From NCBI GenBank assembly GCA_000004985.1, contig GG738905.1: 64,000 nt of DNA; one strand, 5' to 3'. The notes below the pieces were generated by a model, which searched no databases, was not told the DNA's origin, and saw only the letters and a list, made by a program, of their open reading frames with translations. The DNA comes from Naegleria gruberi. Lineage: Eukaryota. Both the position numbers and the translations under genes were made by a program. Shown one piece after another: positions 54,745-64,000 of this stretch. How positions within the stretch are numbered: the first letter of the stretch is position 1; every line of letters starts with the position of its first letter.

Positions 54745-55705
54745 ATGTCTAGAGCTTTCTCTCGTTTTGATTCTATCAAATTCACTGTTGTTAGAGGTGA
54801 AAAACTAATGGTTGGTGATTCGAATGGACTTAGTGACCCATACGTTTTAATTATTGATCAATCAACAAAGCAAACTCTTCACAAAACGGTTGTCGATAGA
54901 AAAACTTTAAATCCAAGATGGAATTCAACATTTTGGAAACGTTACACTGAAGAAACACCAAAGAATCTCAAGTTAAAGATTGAAGTTTATGATTGGGATG
55001 ATGACAAGGATGATGTAAGTTATTATGATATATCTTCTTGGTCAATTAAACAACATATAGGATTTCCTTGGTTGGTTTGAAATTGAACTTGATCCAAACG
55101 TATTGAATCCAGATCAAACATATGAATCTTCACATCAATTAGAAGATGCTACAACTGGTAAAGTTTGGATCAATTACAAATGGGATACATCAGAAAGAAA
55201 GCCAAGTGCCAAGACATCAAGTACAGGAATTGGGTCAGATGGTTTCAAGGTCATTACAGAATTGAATTCAAGTTGTTTCATTCCTAAAGTTCCAAGCTCT
55301 TTTGTTCTTATTGGAACAGATGTTGATTCATTGAATCAAGATTACACAGTCACTTGTGTTGATTCCACAAATGGTAATACTCTCCTCTTTACCTTTACAA
55401 AACTCAAATCCAAAACATTTGAGAAGGCAAAGGAAGATCACTTATTCATCATGTTAAAGAGTTTGAAAGATAAATATCCAAACTTGAAGGCATTGAAGAG
55501 TGATGTTGCTGGATCCACATTTGGAGGAAAGGTCAACTCTTCAACCAAGAGTGTTTATGATGCTGGTAATAAGACAGTTATAACATCAATTTGTGCCAAT
55601 TTCAAGAACAAGGCATTCATCAATTTGGCTTTAATTTCAAAAGGAGAAGATTTGGCTGCCATGTTAGACGATGTAATGATCAAGACAACTTTGTTAGCTC
55701 TTTAA
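54745..55705 (+). CDS. C2-domain protein. Two exons.
   Basis: Likely start MSRAFSRFDSIKF at 54745 (aaaaaaaATG). The ORF-track start is 54601. Exon 1 ends at 55014 (…DWDDDKDD) with a GTAAGT donor. The intron is 55015-55060 with acceptor acatatAG. Exon 2 is 55061-55705. C2 signatures: GLSDPYVLI, LNPRWN and KLKIEVYDWD. Confidence 0.6.
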
Positions 55706-55807
55706 AAAATTTGTAATTTATTAATGTACTTGTAACTGATATAAAATTGAACTAATTTGAACTAATTTTCCATTGTAACGTTTTGATTTTGGTAAAATTC
55801 AAGAGTT

Positions 55808-58501
55808 TTAAATAAACAATACGGATAAAATAGAAATGATTATTACATCTAAACTAAGGATGGCCATGAATGATGAATTAATTACAGAACCTCCACCAAC
55901 TACTTTCTTACTTTGGCTAGTGATTGGACAATTAGATGCCATTATTTGGTAGGATCCATAATAATCCAATCCTATTTCAATACCATTTGTTGTCTTTGAT
56001 ATCTTTGAAATTCCACCATTTCCAACAGTACTTCCAATAGAGTAGACCTTTGAATTAATACTCACACATGATGCACTTGAAATCTGTTGAAGAACTACAG
56101 TTCCCTTTGATTTTGGAGGAACTTCAACAGTAATAGAAAAGAGGTTATTAGAATTGGACCAATACACTGATAACTTTCCGTTTGGAGTTTGTACTGCTCC
56201 TTTAGCCCATGTTAATGAACCAGTTTGAGGTTTTACAACCCATTCAGAGTAACCAGTACTAGTAGGTCTGATTCCTAGAACGTATTTTGAAAGCAATGGA
56301 GAAACGCCACCACTCCAAGCATGAGCAAAACTGTTTGAGGCGCTTTGAGTGGCTCCAATTTCAATACTTTCCCAAAAAGCATTGGTAAAGTAAGGTCCCT
56401 CAACAGTCATTGGTGTCCAAACTGAATTAATAATATCAAATGCATGATCTTCTCTATTTGATTCAAATGCTGCTGCTGCATGGAAGTAAGAAATGTATGG
56501 AGAGGTAAAAGATGCTCCAGCATTCTTGAATGTTAAATAATTAGAGCCAGACTTCAATTGATCTTTCATAGTATCCAGTAATGTGCTGGAAAAGTTCTTT
56601 CCTCTCAAAGATGCAATGCCTGATAATATTGCGAATGCATTGGTATCCTGAGCTATGCCAGACTTTTGATCTGAAATAATGTAAGTACCCGAGTTTGTAT
56701 CAAACAACTTTTCATTAACTAGTTGTTTTGTAGAGTTAGCTCTTATTAAGTACGTTTCAGCCAAATTTGTTTCTCCAACTGCTTTTGCCAAAACTGAAGC
56801 AGATTCCATTGCCATAGCATATTGAATATTTAGTTTTGTAAATCTTCCCAAAAGCATTCCTAAACTTGGATAAAAGTCATAGGTCCAATTTGGATTAACA
56901 CCTTGCAACAAACCATCACTACCTTTAAGAGAATCGAAAGCATTAATGAGTAATTTCAATCTTGTCCATTGTTCCTTAACAAAAGATAAATCGCCAGAAT
57001 ATAGATAGTATTCCTCAATAGCTGATAACGAAGCTAAAAAGTATGTATAACTGTAAAATATTGGTGTTACAAAATCGTCAGATGGATCAATGGTTTGATA
57101 AGGGAAACCAGTACCAATTCTAGAAGAAACAAATCCACTTTTCAATTGATAGGATGTGCATATTCCAAGAGTTCCACTTGCATATTCATTAGCATAATAA
57201 GAATAGTATAATAATGGGCCTGCTACGAGTAAGTCACCACTCCAAACATTACGATCTCTCTTAGCACCATCCAGAATTACAGCTACAGGGTTGGTTCCAA
57301 CTCCAAAATCATGAGCTGATTGTTTTGATGTGAGAGGATCTTGATGAAGAATGCTACCACTGACATCAACTACTTTAAGATTCTTAATAAATGCACTTTG
57401 ATACTTTTTAGCAGAAAATCCAACTCCACCTGGAACAACTGATGGGATGTATGGATTAGTGGACTGAGGAAGATTAATATCAAATATCAAGGCACCATCT
57501 ATATAAACCTTAAATACAAGTTGATTAACAGAAGCAAATACATCATACCATTGATTTTCAACCAAGTTAGGAAGCGAAGTATTGTAATACAAGGTTTCAT
57601 AAGGGTAAAGCTCTTGTGCACTTATTACTTGAATCATATTTGGATTATGAGAACTATTTAGGCTATTTAAGGTGACTCTTGTTTCAGAATAGTCGTTTGA
57701 TCTAATAGCAAAAGAAATACCATTCTTCATAAATAGAGTAGAGAAGGATACATTATAATTAATCCATGACATTCCCTTTAAAAAGACACCTGCAGTACCT
57801 GGTGAAATATAAAGACCTTGATCAGTGCTAATAAACCCAGGTTGAACAGTTCTTGGTGGGACCATGTTCAATTGTAAAGTTCTTACCCCCATATTCCACA
57901 TCTTGTTGTAAACCTCATTAGAACAAGAGAAAGCACCATTAGATTGAGAAGGATCTCTGGTATAGATAGCTGATGTGAATGAAACAGAAGAGATGGTAAT
58001 AGAAGCTCCAACAGTAAGTAATTCAATTCTCTGATAACGTTGAGCTCCTTGGATACCATTTGTATCAAAATGGCCAGCTATTTCAATGGTATGGATATTT
58101 ACTCTGTCCAAATCAAAGGCACGAATCATTGGATTGAACAACATGTCGCCATCCTTAATATTTGGAAGACTTTCAGAATAGGATACTCTAATTTCTATTG
58201 GACTTTGAGAAATGGATGCAATGTCAAACATTGGAAAACCAGCAACATTTTGTCCATAATCCAAAACAATGGAAGCAAGATTACCAGACATGTCATTATT
58301 GAGAGTAAATGGAAACATTCCATCAGCACCTGCAACAGTAACACTACCATTCACAGATAAAACAGATTTTGGTTTTTGGACAAGTGGCAAATCAGCAATA
58401 CTGCTGTCACCATTCACAAACATTTCATTGAGGTTAACCCACAACGCAACCAAAACGCTTAATACCAAGCATAAAACAGCTCTACTAGTTGTAGTTGTCA
58501 T
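55808..58501 (-). CDS. Secreted glycoside hydrolase family 78 (alpha-L-rhamnosidase)-like protein.
   Basis: Intronless 897-aa ORF. Signal peptide MTTTTSRAVLCLVLSVLVALWVNLN. The GH78 catalytic-region signature DGAKRDRNVWSGD is present. There is a C-terminal (alpha/alpha)6-barrel-like region (NAFWESIEIGATQSASNSFAHAWSGGVSPLLSKYVLGIRPTSTGYSEWVVKP...LTWAKGAVQTPNGKLSVYW). Confidence 0.6.
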   Translation of the reverse strand: MTTTTSRAVLCLVLSVLVALWVNLNEMFVNGDSSIADLPLVQKPKSVLSVNGSVTVAGADGMFPFTLNNDMSGNLASIVLDYGQNVAGFPMFDIASISQSPIEIRVSYSESLPNIKDGDMLFNPMIRAFDLDRVNIHTIEIAGHFDTNGIQGAQRYQRIELLTVGASITISSVSFTSAIYTRDPSQSNGAFSCSNEVYNKMWNMGVRTLQLNMVPPRTVQPGFISTDQGLYISPGTAGVFLKGMSWINYNVSFSTLFMKNGISFAIRSNDYSETRVTLNSLNSSHNPNMIQVISAQELYPYETLYYNTSLPNLVENQWYDVFASVNQLVFKVYIDGALIFDINLPQSTNPYIPSVVPGGVGFSAKKYQSAFIKNLKVVDVSGSILHQDPLTSKQSAHDFGVGTNPVAVILDGAKRDRNVWSGDLLVAGPLLYYSYYANEYASGTLGICTSYQLKSGFVSSRIGTGFPYQTIDPSDDFVTPIFYSYTYFLASLSAIEEYYLYSGDLSFVKEQWTRLKLLINAFDSLKGSDGLLQGVNPNWTYDFYPSLGMLLGRFTKLNIQYAMAMESASVLAKAVGETNLAETYLIRANSTKQLVNEKLFDTNSGTYIISDQKSGIAQDTNAFAILSGIASLRGKNFSSTLLDTMKDQLKSGSNYLTFKNAGASFTSPYISYFHAAAAFESNREDHAFDIINSVWTPMTVEGPYFTNAFWESIEIGATQSASNSFAHAWSGGVSPLLSKYVLGIRPTSTGYSEWVVKPQTGSLTWAKGAVQTPNGKLSVYWSNSNNLFSITVEVPPKSKGTVVLQQISSASCVSINSKVYSIGSTVGNGGISKISKTTNGIEIGLDYYGSYQIMASNCPITSQSKKVVGGGSVINSSFMAILSLDVIIISILSVLFI

Positions 58502-58927
58502 GTTTTTTTCTAATTGATTTTCTCAACATTTCAGAAGAACTTATTCACTTAAATACTCGCCACTCTGCTTGAGCAAAACTTGCTTGGTTTTGTGCGTTGG
58601 AATACTAAAACCAAGTTCCATCTTCCCTGCGCTGAGTAGAAGGAAACTCAGCTTGGAGCGATATAGTTGATTGAATCAGAAATGTAACAAAATATTAGAT
58701 GCAAAAGGGATATGTTTTGATGCAAGGAAGTACAACACATGATTGAAATAAAACATGACAGATTCAAAAGAGTTCCACCCGATTGCTTGTAATTTTTGTA
58801 GACATCTACATAAACAATGGTAAGAATTTGATAATTATTATTTAAATTATTTAAATATGATGAAAAATTATTATAGTGGTAAGTTGTTGAAAGGAAACAT
58901 TTTTTAATAATAATTATGAAATAATAG

Positions 58928-60288
58928 GAAAACAATTACCGACATGTTCCAGATGTGCAACAAAAGGTATTACATGTGAATATAAAACACCAAAGAAGAG
59001 AAAGATTGCTTCGATATCATCAGCATCGGAATTGCCTGCAAAAGCAGTTTCAAAAGAAGTTGTGGAAAATAAGGATGTACCAGCTGATACAACAATTGTT
59101 TCTAGGTATTCAAAGCAATTTACAAAGAAACAAATAATTGATTTGTATTATGTGATGATTTGTGATCATTATATTATTGTTGAAAAAGAATTGTTGGAGA
59201 AGTACATCTTGAATGAGGAAATAACAGATCAGCAACCCTTAAAGAAGGAAATGAATGCCTTCTTTCATTCTATTCAAGCATTGTTGGAACAGAGATTTGG
59301 TTTTTGCGAAATTGCAGAAAAATCAGCCAAGAAATCAAGAGATTTACTATCAAAGATTTTTGATCAAGTTTCAAACTATTATGTTGCTTGCTGCTATTCA
59401 TCTCTTGGAATTTATGAAATAGGAACAGGAAGAGGAAAACTTGCAAAATTCTATATCAAAACAGCTAAATTTTACTTTGATGGGATTGAATTGGAAAAAC
59501 TTAATAATTCTGAACGTTTACTGCTCGAACTTATATCAGTAATGGAACTAATGATTGAGGATGATTTAGGCACGAACAAAATTCTAAAAGATTTCCCAAG
59601 TTACTTTTACATGGCAACCAGTACATCAGTTCCTCAACAATTTCTAGAAAAGATTCCACAACAAGTTGACTTATCAAATTTGGAGACGTATTTGGAAGTT
59701 ATTTGTCAAAGTCTCAAAGAATTTTTCATTTCTAAAGCAAAATCAACCAGATCACAATTTGACCTTATTTGGTATAGTGCTGGTTCTAATTATTATTTTG
59801 AAATAGTTCATTATGGACTGAAATTATTGTTTCTTATTCAAAATTGTCCAGAATATAGATCAGAAATTGAGCAAACTGCTTGTAAAATAACATTACTTTC
59901 AGATAGTGAATATTTTCCATTTACTACATTTGCTGCTATTCCTTATTTTACAATGGCTAGTAGAGTCCATGTACAAGTGGCCAAGGAAATTGAAAAGGGA
60001 TTGAGAAGCAATCTGTCTTATGATATTTATTCAATGATTACAAAGGATTACCGATCTCTGCATGTATTGAAATCACGTTATAAAAGAGTGAATGTTGTGG
60101 CTGGAAGTGTGATATTGGAAATGGAGGAAATATTGAAAAAAAGAGATATTGAACCAATCACCCAAGCAGAACACAACAGTGTATATTCTCCCCTTACTAA
60201 TTTCTTAGATATGTTGTTCAATCCAGACGATTCATTCAGCACTTCTATGATTTCCAGTTTAATGGACCCTTCACAAGATAAGATTTAA
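58928..60288 (+). CDS. Putative Zn2Cys6-type (fungal-type binuclear cluster) DNA-binding protein. The model is incomplete at the 5' end.
   Basis: ORF-track ORF 59032-60288 (418 aa) extends in frame upstream to 58891. The extension encodes ...LPTCSRCATKGITCEYKTPKKRK, which has the C-x2-C-x6-C + basic-tail second half of a Zn2Cys6 cluster. A possible upstream exon at 58755-58819 (MTDSKEFHPIACNFCRHLHKQ + tg|GTAAGA) would supply the first half. It cannot be joined to 58928 with canonical sites while keeping the third Cys. Confidence 0.4.
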
Positions 60289-61226
60289 CAAATCGGAGAG
60301 TTTAAGTTGCACAATAAACAAGGAAATTAAATGTACTACCACGACTAATTTAACATTTGTAGTATTCCTATCAAATTCAAGCAACACTTTAATCATTTCA
60401 CTATTTACAAAATCACTACAGTCAACCATCAATTCTTGTCAACTGATTGTTGCTTACCATTTTAATAGACTTGACGTCAAGAGCACATTATTATAATTAG
60501 CAAGGACATTTCAATAAACTTTCCATTTGCACAAAATCGAAGCAACACCCAAAATCCATCTGCCTTCTTGTTATTCATGCAGTGCTTGTTTTGGTTGGGT
60601 AACATAACGGCTCACATGTCCCTTTTTGTAACACTTGAAAACACTCATTCTCAATTGAATAATAATATTTTCTGTTTTTAAGCATTCAATCATTACAATT
60701 AAATTGGGATTCTCTCTTTCCGAAGTCTCCATTCCAATAATAACACTGAGATGTTGTCTACCACATCAACAAACGTCGTACAGAGAATTGAATCGTAGTT
60801 GGAGGAGGTATTAATAGATAAAACTACAACACGATCGCACATGAACATTCTCATTTTTGCATTCATGCGCCCTTATCTGATGCTTCAGTTAATAATTAAT
60901 TGTGTGATGATGGAAGTACAGAGAGAATAGCCCATTAACGAGGTGAAGAAGGAGGAAGAATTGGAAATGATGCGCGCTCGCCATTTGCTCTTAATAAGTC
61001 TTGGTGATTTTTAATGGCGGACCGTTTCATTATTTGATTGTCAAAACCAAAAAAACAACTCAACAACACTACCCAACCAACCTGCAAACTGCATAGCGTG
61101 GTTATTATCCAACACACAAAAACCGAAAGGCATTAAACGTTCGATTTTGAAAAGATTTTCTGAACGTTCCCTCACTAATAATATAATTCGAATAGAGCCA
61201 GTTATTGAAAATATTCTTCAACAACA

Positions 61227-62288
61227 ATGAGTAGTACTCTTGATTTACAAACAACTAATACCACATCAACAATGCCACACAGTTACTCGGAATCTGAGAT
61301 TCAAAACTTGGGTGATGATGTTTCTATTGATAGTGAAGAATTCAATAATACCGTAGTTGCTATGGACCAATTAACACTTGGTTCCACACCACTAGACGGT
61401 CTTACTGATAAGCAATTGGAAATATTGAAGAAGTTTACCCAAATGTTTGAAGATGACCGTTCCAAACTGACCCAACTTCAACAATATTATTGTTTCCATG
61501 ATAGATTCTGTTTTGTCAGATATTTGAAAGCCAGAGATTGGGACATTCCAAATGCTACTAAATTATTGAAGAGTTCTCTTACTTGGATTGAATCCTCATA
61601 CAAGCCATTTAGTTTAACTGCTAAACAATTATGGTTAGAAGCATCACCTGCCAAGACTTATATCAAGGGTCATGATAAGGCTGGTCGTCCAATTATTTAT
61701 CTTCATGCCGGTAGAGATTTCACAAATGATCCTGCTACTGGTGTTAGTTTACTTGTTTATAATTTGATTGCTGCCAGTTATAGAATGGGTCCAAATGGTT
61801 CTCAAATGACTTGGATTTGTGATTTCAGTTCCTACACAACAAAGTCTGCTCCTCCATTGGCAGTTTGTAAACAAGCTGTTGAAATTTTATCTTCACACTT
61901 CCCTGAAAGACTTGGTTTGTGTTTGATGGTCTTTGCTCCTAAGGTTTTCTATTGGTTCTTCAAATTAATTTCTCCTCTCATTCCACCTGTCACTAAGCAA
62001 AAGATTCAATTCTGTAAGGGCACCAAACAAAAGGATATGAGAGCATTCTTTGAACCATTTGTGGATATGTCTCAACTTGAAAAGAAATATGGAGGTGATC
62101 AAGATTTCACATACAATCATAAGGAAATGTGGGCTCACGAAATTGAACATGATTTGAAGAGATTGCACAAAATTAAGGAAGCTGGTGGTATGAAACCAGA
62201 AGAAGCTGATGCTTTAATTAATGAACCAATTATTGACACTTTGGAAAAGCACAACAAGTTTTTCAAAGCCAGACATGCTTCCAAATAA
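61227..62288 (+). CDS. SEC14/CRAL-TRIO lipid-transfer protein.
   Basis: 353-aa single ORF. It has a CRAL-TRIO N-terminal helical region (YYCFHDRFCFVRYLKARDWDIPNATKLL) and the lipid-binding domain (DKAGRPIIYLHAGR..., QMTWICDFS..., HFPERLGLCLMVFAPKVFYWFFKLISPLI). Confidence 0.75.
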   Translation: MSSTLDLQTTNTTSTMPHSYSESEIQNLGDDVSIDSEEFNNTVVAMDQLTLGSTPLDGLTDKQLEILKKFTQMFEDDRSKLTQLQQYYCFHDRFCFVRYLKARDWDIPNATKLLKSSLTWIESSYKPFSLTAKQLWLEASPAKTYIKGHDKAGRPIIYLHAGRDFTNDPATGVSLLVYNLIAASYRMGPNGSQMTWICDFSSYTTKSAPPLAVCKQAVEILSSHFPERLGLCLMVFAPKVFYWFFKLISPLIPPVTKQKIQFCKGTKQKDMRAFFEPFVDMSQLEKKYGGDQDFTYNHKEMWAHEIEHDLKRLHKIKEAGGMKPEEADALINEPIIDTLEKHNKFFKARHASK

Positions 62289-62653
62289 GACGAGCTATCT
62301 AATAATTTAAACATCCATTCTCTTTCCTCCACTGTGAATAACACCTCCATCAACACACTAAAACAAAAATAAATTAATTTATTCGAATGTATTTGCTGTA
62401 GTATTTAATTTTCAAGAAATTCAACCTTTTGTTGGACTGCAACTGTCCTTAATGCCACCTAGTGATGAATAATGAACGGTATCAGTTGCAGATTTTTTAA
62501 ATACCACACCAAAACATGGAAAATTCACTCCCAAATTTCCAATCTTTATTTTTCAAATTTGGAATTTCCACACACAATTCAACATTCCTTTGAATTTAAT
62601 ACTTACACCTCAGCGTGTGAATAGAATTGAAGAATTGAAAAAAACACTAAGAG

Positions 62654-64000
62654 ATGGTCACCAAACATTACACTTCCATTAACCATGACAGTGCACCAGA
62701 TGATTTCACAACACAGCAACAAGCAGTATCATTCCACCACAACACAACTGTGAAATATCATACAGTAGTAACTCAGACAGAGAATCATAACAACCAAACA
62801 ATCAGCACAGCTAAAAAGACACCCACTCCGAAAGGTCCTCACACCTACAATTCATTTGTTGCCTATTGTTATTGTGTGAATTATATATTGGGAGTTGGAG
62901 TTTTGGGAATTCCTTATGCTTTTCAGAAAGGTGGTCTACTAATGGGTCCTATCTTTCTCTTAATAGTTACATTATTGGCTGGTATGGTTCTGGTTTGGAT
63001 TTTAGAAACATTGTGTAGATCTGTGCCATTCTTTAAGGAAAAAGAAGAACAAAAGAAGGATTACAAAATGTTGTCTGCTTCCTCTTCAGTTTCATTACCC
63101 ACAGTTGAATCGTCAGCTTCTGTAGATTCTAATATTAATGCTGTTGAAGAAGAGGAAACATCTACTACTCCTCCTGATGATAAAAAAGAAACTAAACAAG
63201 TTGACACTACTTCAATTGCAACAGAAGAAGGAACAAGGATTGAATTTCCATTCCCAGAAAAGAAGTATGAAATGAATGAATTGTGTGCACTCCTTCTTGG
63301 TTGGCCAGGTAAAATAATCTATGAAGGAGCTCTTGCATTATGTCTGTATGGTAATTTATGGGCCTTGTCAACTATATTTGCAGAGTCAATGTCATCAAAT
63401 GTTCCACTTCCAGTTGGACCTAATAATTACAATTGGTTTACTTGTAATGTTTACACAGATGGTTCATCAAATTGTGATGCATTGTACAAAATTTATATTG
63501 GAGTTTTTGCTTTATTTGTTATTCCAATGACTTGTTTGAATTTAACAGAACAAAAGATTGTTCGTAAGTAGAATTTCATGCTTTTTAGTTAACATTTTAC
63601 AATTTCAGAAATATTCTTGACAATATTTAGATATGTTGCTTTAACATTGATGGTTGTGACAACTTTGGTTTCCATATTTGTTGATCCTTATTCAAGATAT
63701 GAACATAATCCACATATTGCAATGGAAAGACATGGACCATATACTTCACCAACTAGCTTAGTTTCTGTGTTGGGATTTTCTACTCTATTACCTGTTTGCA
63801 TTTATGCTCAAATTTTACATCATTCAGTTCCTGGTTTGGTAAGTTGCAACAATTTTTGAAATATTTTACAATTGTTGTAAATGTAGTGTGAACCAGTGAG
63901 GAATAAGAAACATTTACCTAAAATTTTCACATCAACCTTCATTACCACATTCTTTATTTATTCATTATTGGGAATTGTGCTTAGTATTTATTATGGAGAT
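62654..64000 (+). CDS. Transmembrane amino-acid transporter (Aa_trans/SLC38-like), 3' partial. At least three exons.
   Basis: Exon 1 is 62654-63563 (FVAYCYCVNYILGVGVLGIPYAF...). GTAAGT donor. Intron 63564-63608 (tttcAG). Exon 2 is 63609-63838 (IFLTIFRYVALTLMVV...). GTAAGT donor at 63839. A probable exon 3 starts at about 63893 and runs off the end of the window. Confidence 0.6.

Noticed and set aside
1-64000. Prokaryotic-style features (CRISPR arrays, IS elements, rRNA/tRNA operons, defence islands)
   Set aside because: None were seen. The window shows spliceosomal introns, eukaryote-specific genes and A-rich ATG contexts throughout. No direct-repeat/spacer arrays or transposase-like ORFs were found. 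tRNA-like T-arm matches such as ggtgcgaatcc near 14310 do not fold into a cloverleaf.

Overview
This window is AT-rich, gene-dense eukaryotic nuclear DNA. It carries roughly 40 protein-coding genes in 64 kb, on both strands. I found no rRNA, CRISPR, IS-element or operon-type prokaryotic features. A 110-nt run of N (21658-21767) marks a scaffold gap inside a malic-enzyme exon.

Many genes are split by short spliceosomal introns of about 35-280 nt, with GTAAGT/GTATGT/GTAAAT donors and TTTAG/ATAG/TCAG acceptors. I traced these by joining adjacent ORF-track ORFs. Intron coordinates are accurate to about 1-2 nt. Start codons mostly sit in A-rich contexts (aaaaaaATG).

Genes assigned from motif-level similarity:
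- 2-oxoisovalerate dehydrogenase E1 alpha (BCKDHA)
- divergent kinesin
- Golgi SNARE GOSR1/GOS-28
- CSN8
- tau-tubulin-kinase-like CK1
- SWIM/RING E3-like protein
- IFT74
- HAD-like hydrolase
- malic enzyme
- pentapeptide-repeat protein
- GET4
- kelch-propeller + RhoGAP-like protein
- mitoferrin-like carrier with a His/Asp-rich loop
- TMEM62/PGAP5-like metallophosphoesterase membrane protein
- kelch-repeat protein
- LamG/ConA-like protein
- ADF/cofilin
- UBX/UBL protein
- ARV1
- 2-oxoglutarate/malate carrier
- NPC1/Patched-family sterol-sensing-domain transporter lacking the NPC1 N-terminal domain
- C2-domain protein
- intronless secreted GH78-type alpha-L-rhamnosidase-like protein
- putative Zn2Cys6-like factor
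- SEC14/CRAL-TRIO protein
- Aa_trans amino-acid transporter (3' partial)
- several low-complexity (Asn/Ser/Lys-rich) hypothetical proteins

The lineage cannot be fixed from this window. Cilium genes (IFT74, TTBK-like) sit beside fungal-type features (GH78, Zn2Cys6-like half-sites, one TACTAAC branch site). A Strongyloides-like nematode remains possible.

The most interesting observations are:
- a recurrent GC-rich palindromic TTGGCGCCAA(A) element in the very short spacers just upstream of many start codons
- the intronless rhamnosidase-like gene, a candidate horizontal acquisition
- a kelch + RhoGAP-like fusion with no obvious arginine finger
- a metal-binding-like His/Asp loop in the mitoferrin homologue
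- several places where the gene models need correction (tandem in-frame TGA TGA, two frameshifts, an unspliceable Zn-cluster exon pair)
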